DNA from: Amoebidium appalachense | Taxonomy: Eukaryota; Protista; Ichthyosporea | Direction: 5' to 3' | Assembly (NCBI GenBank): GCA_963693365.1 | Contig: CAVNZM010000009.1 | Span: 3,784,231-3,848,230 of the forward strand | Length of the DNA: 64,000 nucleotides | Shown here: one piece after another, positions 13,300 to 24,006 of the stretch | Layout of the letters: each line of letters opens with the position of its first letter | Position numbering within the stretch: position 1 is the first letter of the stretch | Made by a program: the position numbers and the translations under genes | Notes under the pieces: model-generated | Seen by the model: only the letters and a program-made list of their open reading frames with translations | Told to the model about the DNA's origin: nothing | Database searches by the model: none

Positions 13300-14023
13300 T
13301 TGGACTAGTCACGTGGCCTGGTAACTTTGAGATCACACCACACCAAACCATCTCCGATCCGATCGCGATCAATCTATTTCCCACTTCCCACTTTTCCCAC
13401 TTAAAATCGAAAAAGAGAAAAAAAAAAGAGACAAAACAAACGATACAGCATTACCCACTTTTAAGTGGGAAGGTGGCCAGAGAGAGAGAGAGAGAGAAAA
13501 GAGAGAGAGAAAAAAGCTAAGTCTACACGAGAGAGAGAGAGAAAAGAGAGAGAGAAAAAAGCTAAGTCTACACGAGAGAGAGAGAGAAAAGAGAGAGAGA
13601 AAAAAGCTAAGTCTACACGAGAGAGAGAGAGAGAGAAAAAAGCTAAGTCTACACGAGAGAGAGAGAGAGAGAAAAAAGCTAAGTCTACACGAGAGAGAGA
13701 GAGAGAGAAAAAAGCTAAGTCTACACGAGAGAGAGAGAAAGAGAGAGAGAAAAAAGCTAAGTCTACACGAGCTAAGTCTTGACCCGGGCAGGGGGGGGGG
13801 GGCAGGGGGGGCAGGTGAGGCAGGAGGGGCAGGTGAGGCACGTGAGGCAGGGGGGGCAGGGGGGGCAGGGGGGGCAGGTGAGGCACGTGAGGCACGTGAG
13901 GCAGGGGGGGCACGTGAGGCACGTGAGGCAGGGGGGGCACGTGAGGCACGTGAGGCAGGGGGGGCACGTGAGGCACGTGAGGCAGGGGGGCCGGGGGGGG
14001 GGGGGGGGGGTTTATTTGGAATA
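13300..14023 (+). repeat. Left terminal inverted repeat (~720 bp)
   Basis: TTGGACTAGTCACGTGGCC...TTTATTTGGAATA is the reverse complement of 38800-39515; contains 7 AGCTAAGTCTACACG units separated by (AG)n and tandem GAGGCACGT units. Confidence 0.95.
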
Positions 14024-14063
14024 TATTCACCAAACATATCGAGTAACAACACAATGAAACTTT

Positions 14064-14098
<35 letters not shown>

Positions 14099-14246
14099 AC
14101 AAGCCAAGTCGATATAAGAAACAAGCACAGAAACACATATGCATACTAATAGAAGCCGAATCTACTGTTAAGACTAAGAACACGCATACATCGACACTAA
14201 TGACATGATTTACATCCGTGTAACGCATCGTAAAGCAACACAAAAC

Positions 14247-15410
14247 CTATTCATCAGGCTTTAACTCGTCTTCGATTTTCTTCTGCCAGGCCGCTTTTTT
14301 AAACTGTTTAGCCTGCTCCTCTGTCAATATATTCTTCTTTACCAGTTTACAAATATTCTTGCAAGTATCCATATATTCAGAAAATGCACGTTTTCTACTC
14401 TCTGGGTTATTACAGTCGGCAATGTTGTTGGGTGCGGGCGATTGGGGCGAGGGAGCCGACTTAGACTTCTCAGACTTCTTGGGCTTAGACTTCTTGGGCT
14501 TGGAGTGCTTTTGAACACCGGCATTCGCGATCTTCCGAAGTGCCTCGGCAGTCCCGGGGGGGGTCTTGCCCACCGATGGAATCGCCAACTTGCGGCCAGT
14601 GGTCTTACTGATCCCATTAGAGACGACGGGCTGAGCGACAGGCGGGCGATCTTGAGTGGTGTCATCGTCAGAGGAAACATCGATCGGAGCGGTTTGGGGG
14701 GCGGCGATTGGATGGCGTGACTCGACAAAGATCGGATTGCCCAGTTCATCGAACATAGCAAACCGCGAGGTTGGCACATCGATAACCACGTTGTCCTGGC
14801 TCTCACGATTCTTCTGCATAAGACTGTTGAACTCTTTGAGACAGATAGCCCCCATGTTGTCATCGTTGTCATCGTTGTCATCGTTGTCATCGTCATCAGA
14901 TGAAGACGAAGCGGACGATTCGGTATCAGACCTACTACTGGAGCTCCTTTCCGAATTGTGATCACACGCCTTAGTATCATCTGGGTCTTGCTCGGCCATC
15001 TCGGTGTTTGGGGGGGCGACATCTTGAGGCGGGGCGATGGGGGCGGCACCCATAGACTGGTCGAGATCACCGGCACGTCCGGATTCGACATTCCGAGCAA
15101 TCTTGGCGTTGCGGTTGCTACTCTTGCAGTAAGAAACGATGGCGGTCCTCAGACTCTCTTCGTCTTCTGAAGTGAAACCCCTCGGGTATTGCGGTATCCC
15201 TTCAGGTAACATACACTTGATAGCAGAAAGGATTTCCTTGAGCCCCTCGTCGTGGGTATAGTCGGCAAAAGTAGCCATCAGATCACGGACAACACATCCG
15301 AACCCAGCAACGCGCACAAGGTTTTTGACATTCCTAGGAATGGCAAGGGCCGCCTCGATTGCAGCACCATCAACCCCCAAGTCGTAGTCTCGAGAGCTAA
15401 GGTTAGACAT
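14247..15410 (-). CDS. Hypothetical protein, 387 aa; acidic/Ser linker, Lys-rich C-terminus
   Basis: Long ATG-initiated ORF with a TATA-like CTATAAGA ~90 bp upstream; no family recognised. Confidence 0.75.
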   Translation of the reverse strand: MSNLSSRDYDLGVDGAAIEAALAIPRNVKNLVRVAGFGCVVRDLMATFADYTHDEGLKEILSAIKCMLPEGIPQYPRGFTSEDEESLRTAIVSYCKSSNRNAKIARNVESGRAGDLDQSMGAAPIAPPQDVAPPNTEMAEQDPDDTKACDHNSERSSSSRSDTESSASSSSDDDDNDDNDDNDDNMGAICLKEFNSLMQKNRESQDNVVIDVPTSRFAMFDELGNPIFVESRHPIAAPQTAPIDVSSDDDTTQDRPPVAQPVVSNGISKTTGRKLAIPSVGKTPPGTAEALRKIANAGVQKHSKPKKSKPKKSEKSKSAPSPQSPAPNNIADCNNPESRKRAFSEYMDTCKNICKLVKKNILTEEQAKQFKKAAWQKKIEDELKPDE

Positions 15411-15647
15411 GTTGAAAACAGCCGTCGTTGAGAGCTAGAGTAGATGTGAAGAGAAAGTTGCGACTGTAGGATGAGCATACTGACACACACGCAACACTTC
15501 TTATAGCCAGGAGACACACAACGTAGCGACAAAAACAAAGTATCAAGAGACATCCATTAATTGGACCGCCCGGTTTAAGATTGTTGTACACCAATCACAG
15601 AAGGAGGATAAAATAACAAAAAAAAACAACAACAGAAATATCACACA

Positions 15648-16970
15648 CCGGATTGCGCGTCCGACACGACAGGGTCTTCGATGATGCTTCTACTCTTGAC
15701 CGCAGCCCCGTCACCACGACCACGCCCCAACCGCGCGTTCCGATTTGTCGCCACACAGAACCCGTTCCGTCCCACCAATCGGATTGCGCGTCCGACACGA
15801 CAGGGTCTTCGATGATGCTTCTACTCTTGACCGCAGCCCCGTCACCACGACCACGCCCCAACCGCGCGTTCCGATTTGTCGCCACACAGAACCCGTTTAA
15901 GTCCCACCAATCGGATTGTGCGTCCGACACGACAGGGTCTTCGATGATGCTTCTACTCTTGACCGCAGCCCCGTCACCACGACCACGCCCCAACCGCGCG
16001 TTCCGATTTGTCGCCACACAGAACCCGTTTCCGTCCCACCAATCGGATTGTGCGTCCGACACGACAGGGTCTTCGATGATGCTTCTACTCTTGACCGCAG
16101 CCCCGTCACCACGACCACGCCCCAACCGCGCGTTCCGATTGGTCGCCACACAGAACCCGTGTTTCCGTCCCACCAATCAGATTGCGCGTCCGACACGACA
16201 GGGTCTTCGATGATGCTTCTACTCTTGACCGCAGCCCCGTCACCACGACCACGCCCCAACCGCGCGTTCCGATTGGTCGCCACACAGAACCCGTGTTTCC
16301 GTCCCACCAATCAGATTGCGCGTCCGACACGACAGGGTCTTCGATGATGCTTCTACTCTTGACCGCAGCCCCGTCACCACGACCACGCCCCAACCGCGCG
16401 TTCCGATTGGTCGCCACACAGAACCCGTGTTTCCGTCCCACCAATCAGATTGCGCGTCCGACACGACAGGGTCTTCGATGATGCTTCTACTCTTGACCGC
16501 AGCCCCGTCACCACGACCACGCCCCAACCGCGCGTTCCGATTGGTCGCCACAGAACCCGTGTTTCCGTCCCACCAATCAGATTGCGCGTCCGACACGACA
16601 GGGTCTTCGATGATGCTTCTACTCTTGACCGCAGCCCCGTCACCACGACCACGCCCCAACCGCGCGTTCCGATTGGTCGCCACAGAACCCGTGTTTCCGT
16701 CCCACCAATCAGATTGCGCGTCCGACACGACAGGGTCTTCGATGATGCTTCTACTCTTGACCGCAGCCCCGTCACCACGACCACGCCCCAACCGCGCGTT
16801 CCGATTGGTCGCCACAGAACCCGTGTTTCCGTCCCACCAATCAGATTGCGCGTCCGACACGACAGGGTCTTCGATGATGCTTCTACTCTTGACCGCAGCC
16901 CCGTCACCACGACCACGCCCCAACCGCGCGTTCCGATTGGTCGCCACAGAACCCGTGTTTCCGTCCCACC
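15648..16970. repeat. Tandem array of 10 units of 131-134 bp
   Basis: Unit GATTGCGCGTCCGACACGACAGGG...CCGTCCCACCAATC recurs at about 15651, 15782, 15915, 16046, 16180, 16314, 16448, 16580, 16712 and 16844. Confidence 0.97.
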
Positions 16971-17056
16971 AGACTAGTCGATTGGCGTGTCTGTTACGAG
17001 ACCAATAATTTGTCGCTCGGGCGGTGTCGATATTTTCACAGCAATGATAAGCAGAA

Positions 17057-18037
17057 ATGTCAACCGACAACGAAGAAATTCTAAGCGGAATTCGGAATTC
17101 ACTGAGCGCCACACACGATGACATCGTCAGATTGTTATCGAAAATGCCAAAAGAAAGCGACACCGCTGGATCGGGAACAGTTGGGGGTGGCACTGATGTC
17201 GACGACCCAAACAAAATAGACGACATTAAAAATATAATAAACATGTTTAACAGAACCTCCACACAGACACTCAAAATTTTGAACCATTTCACGACGATGG
17301 CTGCTCATTTGCAACCAGGCACAACAGAAAAAACCAAAGACGATCCACTCGAGAAGGGATTGGAAAATATCATGTCGCAAATAAGCAATGCGATCAAGCT
17401 CTTAAATAATCAGAACAGGCTTATAAATTCATTACAAGAGACGGAAAAGGATAACATTAGGCTTCACCACGAACTCGCCAATTACAAAAGACTCTACCAG
17501 GAAAATAACGAACCCCAACAGAAAACGGCCACATCGAGGGACCCAAACATCCATAGAATTGCATTTCTGGATGTACACGGCGGCCGCGTATTCACACATG
17601 GATCGTCTCCGTGGATGACATACGACGGGACAGTTCACGGGGCAATATCTTCAGGACTGATCCACTTCTCTGGAGACAAACAGAGCCCCTGTTGGACCGT
17701 CAAGGGTGCTTTTGAAGGCACATATGTTGCGTTTCCACTGCACGACTGTGGAACGGTCACGGCCGTCAAATCCGGCTCGACAACAATCTCAAAAACACTG
17801 GCGAGATGCGAGTCTTTCTTCGACGACAAAGCATTTGCATGTGCATCCCTCAAGGCATACCAAGTGACACTCGCGTCAAGCCGAACAATCGCGACTCTCA
17901 CGACAAATTTCTTTGTCGGCCACGAACGCAAGCTCGACCCGTACGCACAATCCACAACACAAACGCAACACACACATGGCTGCCCTGCAAGGGACGCCGC
18001 ACCCACCCGAGGATACATCGAATCAGTGGTCATATGA
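17057..18037 (+). CDS. Hypothetical protein, 326 aa; helical/coiled-coil N-half, beta-rich C-half
   Basis: Long ATG-initiated ORF directly downstream of the array; heptad-like pattern in the N-half. Confidence 0.75.
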   Translation: MSTDNEEILSGIRNSLSATHDDIVRLLSKMPKESDTAGSGTVGGGTDVDDPNKIDDIKNIINMFNRTSTQTLKILNHFTTMAAHLQPGTTEKTKDDPLEKGLENIMSQISNAIKLLNNQNRLINSLQETEKDNIRLHHELANYKRLYQENNEPQQKTATSRDPNIHRIAFLDVHGGRVFTHGSSPWMTYDGTVHGAISSGLIHFSGDKQSPCWTVKGAFEGTYVAFPLHDCGTVTAVKSGSTTISKTLARCESFFDDKAFACASLKAYQVTLASSRTIATLTTNFFVGHERKLDPYAQSTTQTQHTHGCPARDAAPTRGYIESVVI

Positions 18038-18341
18038 GACTAACCCATTATTTTACTTGCTATTATCGAGCATGCACGGAACGGGGAACAACACACAGAT
18101 ACAGATACAGTTTATATATAATGTTTGATGGATACAAACTTTGGCAGTGCTGGCAAACAGAAGCAAAGACTATGAACCGTCGACACATGTCGGTGTGCAA
18201 TTACATATCTTAGTGCCAACACCGAAACCAAATGACAGAACATGGTGTGTAAATTGATTACTAATAAGCGAGCACGAAAGCAAAAATAGCCAGCTGTGTA
18301 GCTTCAAATCGTTAGTACACCGGGCAATAGTAGCCCACACA

Positions 18342-21300
18342 TCACTCGATCTTCCACCGAAAAACCTGAAAGATACTCCCTCCATCGGCGGTCACGTGTG
18401 CCCCCAAAACAACGAATCGACTGGCGACACTCATGGTCAGCGCGTGCACGACACCATCCAGAAACACGCGATGCTGGCTGACAAGACGCACCACATCGTC
18501 AGCGCCGACTTCGTATATCAGCACATCGCTATCCCCTCTACTGAAACCCAGGCGACCAACATACAATCGGTCGCCCCCGCGGTACAACACCGTCCTCTCG
18601 TACATATCCACCCAACAAGTACATAACGCACGCTTGGCAAAGTATCGATGTGTGGGCTCGAGGGGTGCCTTTGAACAGAATGCACACCCGACTTCATCAC
18701 CGCACCAATGAGGTCTACAGGTCGTCAGCATATCCAATCTGCATTCCCCAAGAAGTCGGCCGTCCCGCAGACCGATCGCGTCCACCACCGCGAGCGTGTA
18801 AACAGTTGGACTAGTTAGGATAAGGCAGAGTACAACTGAATCAAAATAAAGACAGAGAACGGGTAGAAAGGCACACGCGGCCAGGTTGCTTTTACTATGG
18901 GCCGACTCAGTCTGTCTCAGACTTCACTGATGTGATCCCCGTACTGGGACGGCTTTCTTATATAGCCCCCAGGTTTCGGATCAAGGCCCAGGATTGGTTC
19001 ATCCGCGGCCAGCGCGGGTGGCAACATGCCATTCGTGATTCTGGTGCGGTCCGAGCCAGTCAGACCTTTGTCCTATTTATGCAAACCTCTTATTGGTTCA
19101 CTTCGTTTATGTGGTATGCAGCTGAAGAACCATATATGGTTCAATTTTAGGTCAGAGTGAGTCCTATTGGTGCGGACATAATATTTATGTGATATTCATG
19201 ACAAAGCACGAATCGTGTGCTAGTAGATCACATTCTTTAGTAAACATGTACAGTTCATGTGTACAGTTGTTTACACTCCCCCTTGTCGGGAGCCTGGTGG
19301 TGTCGTTAGACAAGCAAACCACCAGGCTGAGAGGCGATAAACAACCATCAGCGAGATTTTGTGTGCGCCGAGCTGCTGAACAGAACAGAGCAAGGACGGT
19401 GGAATAGAGTTGTGCACGTCTATGAGCACTTCTTCATTTGCCAAAACGTAAATTCATGCAGCATTCTTCTTGATTTCATTTTCGTGGCGAAGATTGTTGC
19501 AGAGTGTGCGTGCGAATAATTCGCTAAGCCTTCGTCTCTGTGCTTGGCTTTTCTGTAGAAGTAGTATTTTCCTTTTTGGGAATTTTTCCTTTTTAGGATA
19601 CTCCCGCAGATTCGTTTTCAATTGCGAGTAATTTGGTTGTGTGGATGAATGATCATACCAAGCATTCGATAATGAATATAACTCAAGCCTTAGGTCACTT
19701 CGTAGCTCAGGTAGTGGTGGATAGCTTCAAGGCTTAGCCGCTGCTCCTTATCCCGGTTCTACCTTAAGACTGTAAGGCGAGTCGCCATGGCCAGAAAAGC
19801 CACTTCTTTCATGAACAAATAGCACTTCTTTCCTTTCAGCTTTAACCCTGCATCATCGGAGCTGGGAAAAACATGAATAAAAATGCCCCAAGTGTTCTTC
19901 GTTGGGCGACATAAAGAAATATATCAGCCCGTCAGAATTCGAACCAGTAAAAACCCGGTTCATAATTCATAAGAAGAGGGTAGGCAAAGCAAACCTTCTT
20001 CAGAAAACACATGCTTCCATTCGTGAGCAGTTTTCGTATCCCATTTGCCAGCCATTTTTCGTTGAGCAGGGGGATTCCAGGCATAATACATTCTTCTGGA
20101 GGCTTGGCCTAAAAAGAAAAGTCGTCAGAGTCGCCCTTTCTTTTGTAAGCAACTTCGTGAGCGCGCTTCGTATCTTCATATCCTCCAGTGCAGGTCTGGA
20201 TGGTGCCCCATCCTCTGCTTCATTTGTAGGTGGCCCTACTGTAGGTTCTGTTCGTTGTGTGGAATACCAAAACCATTCGTATTCGTGGAACTGCTTTGTG
20301 CTGTGCTTTCTTTCGTGTTGGTGTTCATGGAGTTACCCCGTTCACACACCCTACTTCTTACATACATTAGATGTAAGTAGCTGCCTGGTGAGTGTGTGGT
20401 TCGTGTTCGTGGCATTCTTCTGTTCCTTCGTGAGAAGAATATTCGTTTTAGCAGAGGTGCCCAATAAGGCAGCTTGTGGGGTTGTCTCCCGCATGTGCCC
20501 ATTGGTGGGGTATGCACGTGCTAAATTGTTACAGTGTCATCATATTGCAAGGGAATAACATGGTCACCTCCGTACCAGGGCCTAGGTACACATGATGTCC
20601 GATTGTTAGTCAACAACACCTTGCATTCGTATTCGTATTCGTCTTCCACGTCACTTTCTTCAGTAGTGAAGGAGGGTACGTAATTGAAACTGAAGGCTTC
20701 CAGCCAAAATACTGACACTGTATGCTGGGGTTGTGAGGGACGGTGCCCATACCACATTCTTTTGTTCTGGTGGGGGTGTGCCGGCAGCTAGTGCAAGGCT
20801 TGACAGTGTAATTGGTATGTTACACCGTATTGCCACAGACGGGCATTCACCTTAAAATTCGTACCCAACACCTTCTTTGTTTTTCACATGCATGAACAAA
20901 AGTTCTGCATCGACTTTATTACATGCCTTTTGTGCACCAAGAGTGCTTGTTAGGGCGTGGCACCAGGAAGGGCCGCCATACAGAGTCAGGCATATGTTCG
21001 TAATTTTTAGGCATGCCAGCATACATTCATGCGCATGTTGTGCATCCTGGGCGCTAAACTATGGGGCATGCTGTATTCGAGAACAGCAAGGGATTCGAAG
21101 CAGCATGCAACACTACTTTCATAAGATCTTAGGTCCTACATGCTATAGCAACAGCGACTATCTTCTTCGTTAAGTGCATTTGTGCTGAAAGTGGCCGTGC
21201 ATCTGGCTTGCGAGTGTGGACGTGCATGCGGTGCATGGACACGATGGCAGTGTGCAATAGGGCAATGCACGCAAGGGCAACGGTTTTATTTTCTTCCTAA

Positions 21301-22961
21301 CATAGAGGGGGCTGTGTGCATTGCAACCCAAGCAGTGTTGTGCATTCGTCCTTTCATTTTCGTATTTCCATTTCATTTTGCTTTGTTTTTCGTTTTCGTT
21401 TGATAACTTCGTTACTTTTTTTTTTTGTGTTGCATTCATTCGTATTTCCTTATGCATTCGCTTGTCGTTTTCTTTATTTCATTGCGTATTCGTGATGGTT
21501 GTTTTTCGTTGGTTCATTGCCGTTAGCATTTATCGTTTGTTCGTGTATTCGTTTTTCGTTGTGTATTCGTTTTTCTTCACATTTTTGATGTGTCGTAGCA
21601 AAAGAAGTTTTACATGCTTTCAATTTTTCCGTGTAGGTGGCGCCACAAGAGCGGAAGAAGGGAAAAAAAAAAAAAAGAACTCGCGCGCAATAAAATGAAT
21701 TAGGAAAGGGATACAACTGAATCAAAATAAAGACAGAGAACGGGTAGAAAGGCACACGCGGCCAGGTTGCTTTTACTATGGGCCGACTCAGTCTGTCTCA
21801 GGCTTCACTGATGTGATCCCCGTACTGGGACGGCTTTCTTATATAGCCCCCAGGTTTCGGATCAAGGCCCAGGATTGGTTCATCCGCGGCCAGCGCGGGT
21901 GGCAACATGCCATTGTGATTTGGTGCGGTCCGAGCCAGTCAGACCTTTGTCCTATTTATGCAAACCTCTTATTGGTTCACTTGTTTATGTGGTATGCAGC
22001 TGAAGAACATATATGGTTCAATTCTAGGTAGAGTGAGTCTATGGTGGGAAAATTTATTGATATTCATGAAAGCACGAATCGTGTGAGTAGATCACATTCT
22101 TTAGTAAACATGTACAGTTCATGTGTACAGTTGTTTACAGAGCGTCCCGTCCTCACCTGGCGCATGATTGTGGTACAGAACACGGATATCGACACTCGAC
22201 ACCGACAACACCCCCATCGCGCCCATCCACCCACCTAGACAGACACTCCAGTTCCGCGCACCCGTGACCCAATCAACCGACACAACAAACGTCGATCCTC
22301 GCTCTCCCCGACACAACACAACAAGCGAGTCGCCCACAGAACACGGATGCTCGGAGACCACATGTCGGTCCATCGACCAAAGCGGCAACCCGGGTCCTTT
22401 CCCAGCCCCGGCAGTACCGGTCCCATATCCCCGGAGCTGCGGACAGGCCCAGTCACCCAGATCTGGGCTGCTGTGGATCAAAAATACCACGACCCCGTGG
22501 CGACCGCTGTATCCCACGAGACGCGCACCGGTTACATCGAACGGCAGCAAGACGTCCAGCTCGAGTATGTCACCCGACGCGGCCCCAACCCGCCTATCCG
22601 CGTTTGCACTGCCCGGTGACGCGCGCAGCAACGCTGATTGGCCAACGCCAGGTTCCGCGCGATGGCGATTAACCAACGAGATAGTACATTTGCCCCACAC
22701 AACAAACGTCGGATAATCGACTACCAGCACGACGTACGCTGTGGTCAACTCGCAAAACCGCGCCAGACCAGCGCTCGCGAAGCCAACGGGGCCCGTCTCA
22801 AGGCTCCACCTCTCGACACCCCCAAATGGATTGTAGGCACGGGGTCGGGCTAGGAACACGGAGGCTCCTTCGACAGGATGGTTGAAAAAGCACAGCGGCA
22901 CACAACTCGGCCCGGTCGTCGCAAAACGCATCTTGGGGTTCACACGGACAAATCCAACCAA
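18342..22961 (-). pseudogene. Hypothetical gene of ~420 codons split by an LTR insertion (pieces 22140-22961 and 18342-18796)
   Basis: Removing 18797-22139 and one GAGCG copy joins ...HAPGEDGTL to AVVDAIGLRDGR... in frame. Confidence 0.8.
18797..22139 (-). mobile_element. 3.3 kb non-autonomous or decayed LTR retroelement
   Basis: Direct repeats 18797-19275 and ~21690-22139; outer ends TGTAAACA...TGTTTACA; perfect 5 bp TSD GAGCG (18792-18796, 22140-22144); minus-strand PPT AAGGGGGAG next to 19275; no pol motifs seen. Confidence 0.9.
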
Positions 22962-23127
22962 TGATCGAAACGTCGGTCGGGCTCGCGGTCGATGACATCG
23001 TCATTTATAATCGTCGATGACGCAAGCAGAACAAGACTCGATGACGCAAGCAGAACCAAGACTCGATGACGTAGGCACCACGACATCGCCGAAAACACCA
23101 CAAAATATTATGTGTGTGTAATAGCAA

Positions 23128-23553
23128 ATGGGAAAACCAAACACCGAGATCTCCAATGTAGAGAGCTTGAAGGGCGTTTTGCGTGACTATGCAACCCTCC
23201 ACGCACAGATCAAGGAGCACGCGGCACAGACAAAACCTGTTACCAAGAAAATGAATACTATAAAGAAGGCCATTCTGAAGTACATGTCGTCTGGAAATGT
23301 CAGGTCACTCGAGCTTCCCACGAAAGACCTTCTGATTCTTCAAGAATCAATCAAAAAGCCACAACTAAGCGAACAGTATCTCCGCCGTCAGCTCGAAACG
23401 TACTTCAAGGACACGAAAAAGGCCAACGACCTGGTATCCTTCCTGACTGCCATACCGGACAAAGACCTCGCCACAAAGCAATCACTCAAACACGTCGACA
23501 AGGACAACAATATAGAAACAGATTCCATCCTCGACGACGGCGACTCGGAGTAG
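23128..23553 (+). CDS. DUF5760-like protein of nucleocytoplasmic large DNA viruses, 141 aa
   Basis: Pattern LK..LRDY..L..QIKE.....K...KK...IK..IL.YM....V..LEL....L.L..S.KKP.L...YL...L..YF resembles DUF5760; AATAAA follows the stop. Recognised by eye. Confidence 0.65.
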   Translation: MGKPNTEISNVESLKGVLRDYATLHAQIKEHAAQTKPVTKKMNTIKKAILKYMSSGNVRSLELPTKDLLILQESIKKPQLSEQYLRRQLETYFKDTKKANDLVSFLTAIPDKDLATKQSLKHVDKDNNIETDSILDDGDSE

Positions 23554-24006
23554 AACGTCCGACCCGAGAGACTCAATAAAGCAAAACAACATACCGATGC
23601 ATCTTCCAACGTGATACGATTGAGCAACCAATCACAGCACGGGAATCTTTTAGCCCAAAATAATTGCATGACGTCTAGCCAATTAAAATAACAGAAAAGC
23701 AATTTGTAGATATATGACTGGTTGAAGATCAGCGATCCAACAAGTCAAGAAAAATGCGAGACATTTCGACAAACCAATCATTAATGACACATGGCAACAG
23801 CCCATTTGTTGGCTGAATATCATCCAATCACCGATTTCCTATCGAAATATCGATTGGTTGTTGGTTCATCGGAAGTGAACGATTGGCTGCGCGACTCTTT
23901 GATAAAGAAAAAAAACGTACAAAACCCAGCCCTGGCCAAATAAGCTGCCACAATGTACTAAATCGCTAGGCCGAAAATGCGTAAGAATTCGTAGACTCCG
24001 CGAGAT

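Noticed and set aside
13369-14243. ORFs in the TIRs, mirrored at 38693-39488, and in the palindrome (39298-40148)
   Set aside because: Products of microsatellite and GC-rich repeats with low-complexity translations on both strands.
15648-16970. CRISPR-like array
   Set aside because: Units are head-to-tail near-identical with no unique spacers, no cas genes were seen, and the context is eukaryotic. The same applies to the 32, 30 and 74 bp arrays.
15595-17292. Overlapping ORFs across the 133 bp array
   Set aside because: They are translations of a non-coding repeat whose unit length varies between 131 and 134 bp.
18807-18816. TTGGACTAGT in the inner LTR matching the element terminus
   Set aside because: A single 10 bp match that is not retained in the other LTR copy; treated as chance.
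19902-20558. 218 aa ORF inside the 3.3 kb LTR element as gag or pol
   Set aside because: Non-ATG start, opposite strand to the PPT-defined orientation, and no retroelement motifs.
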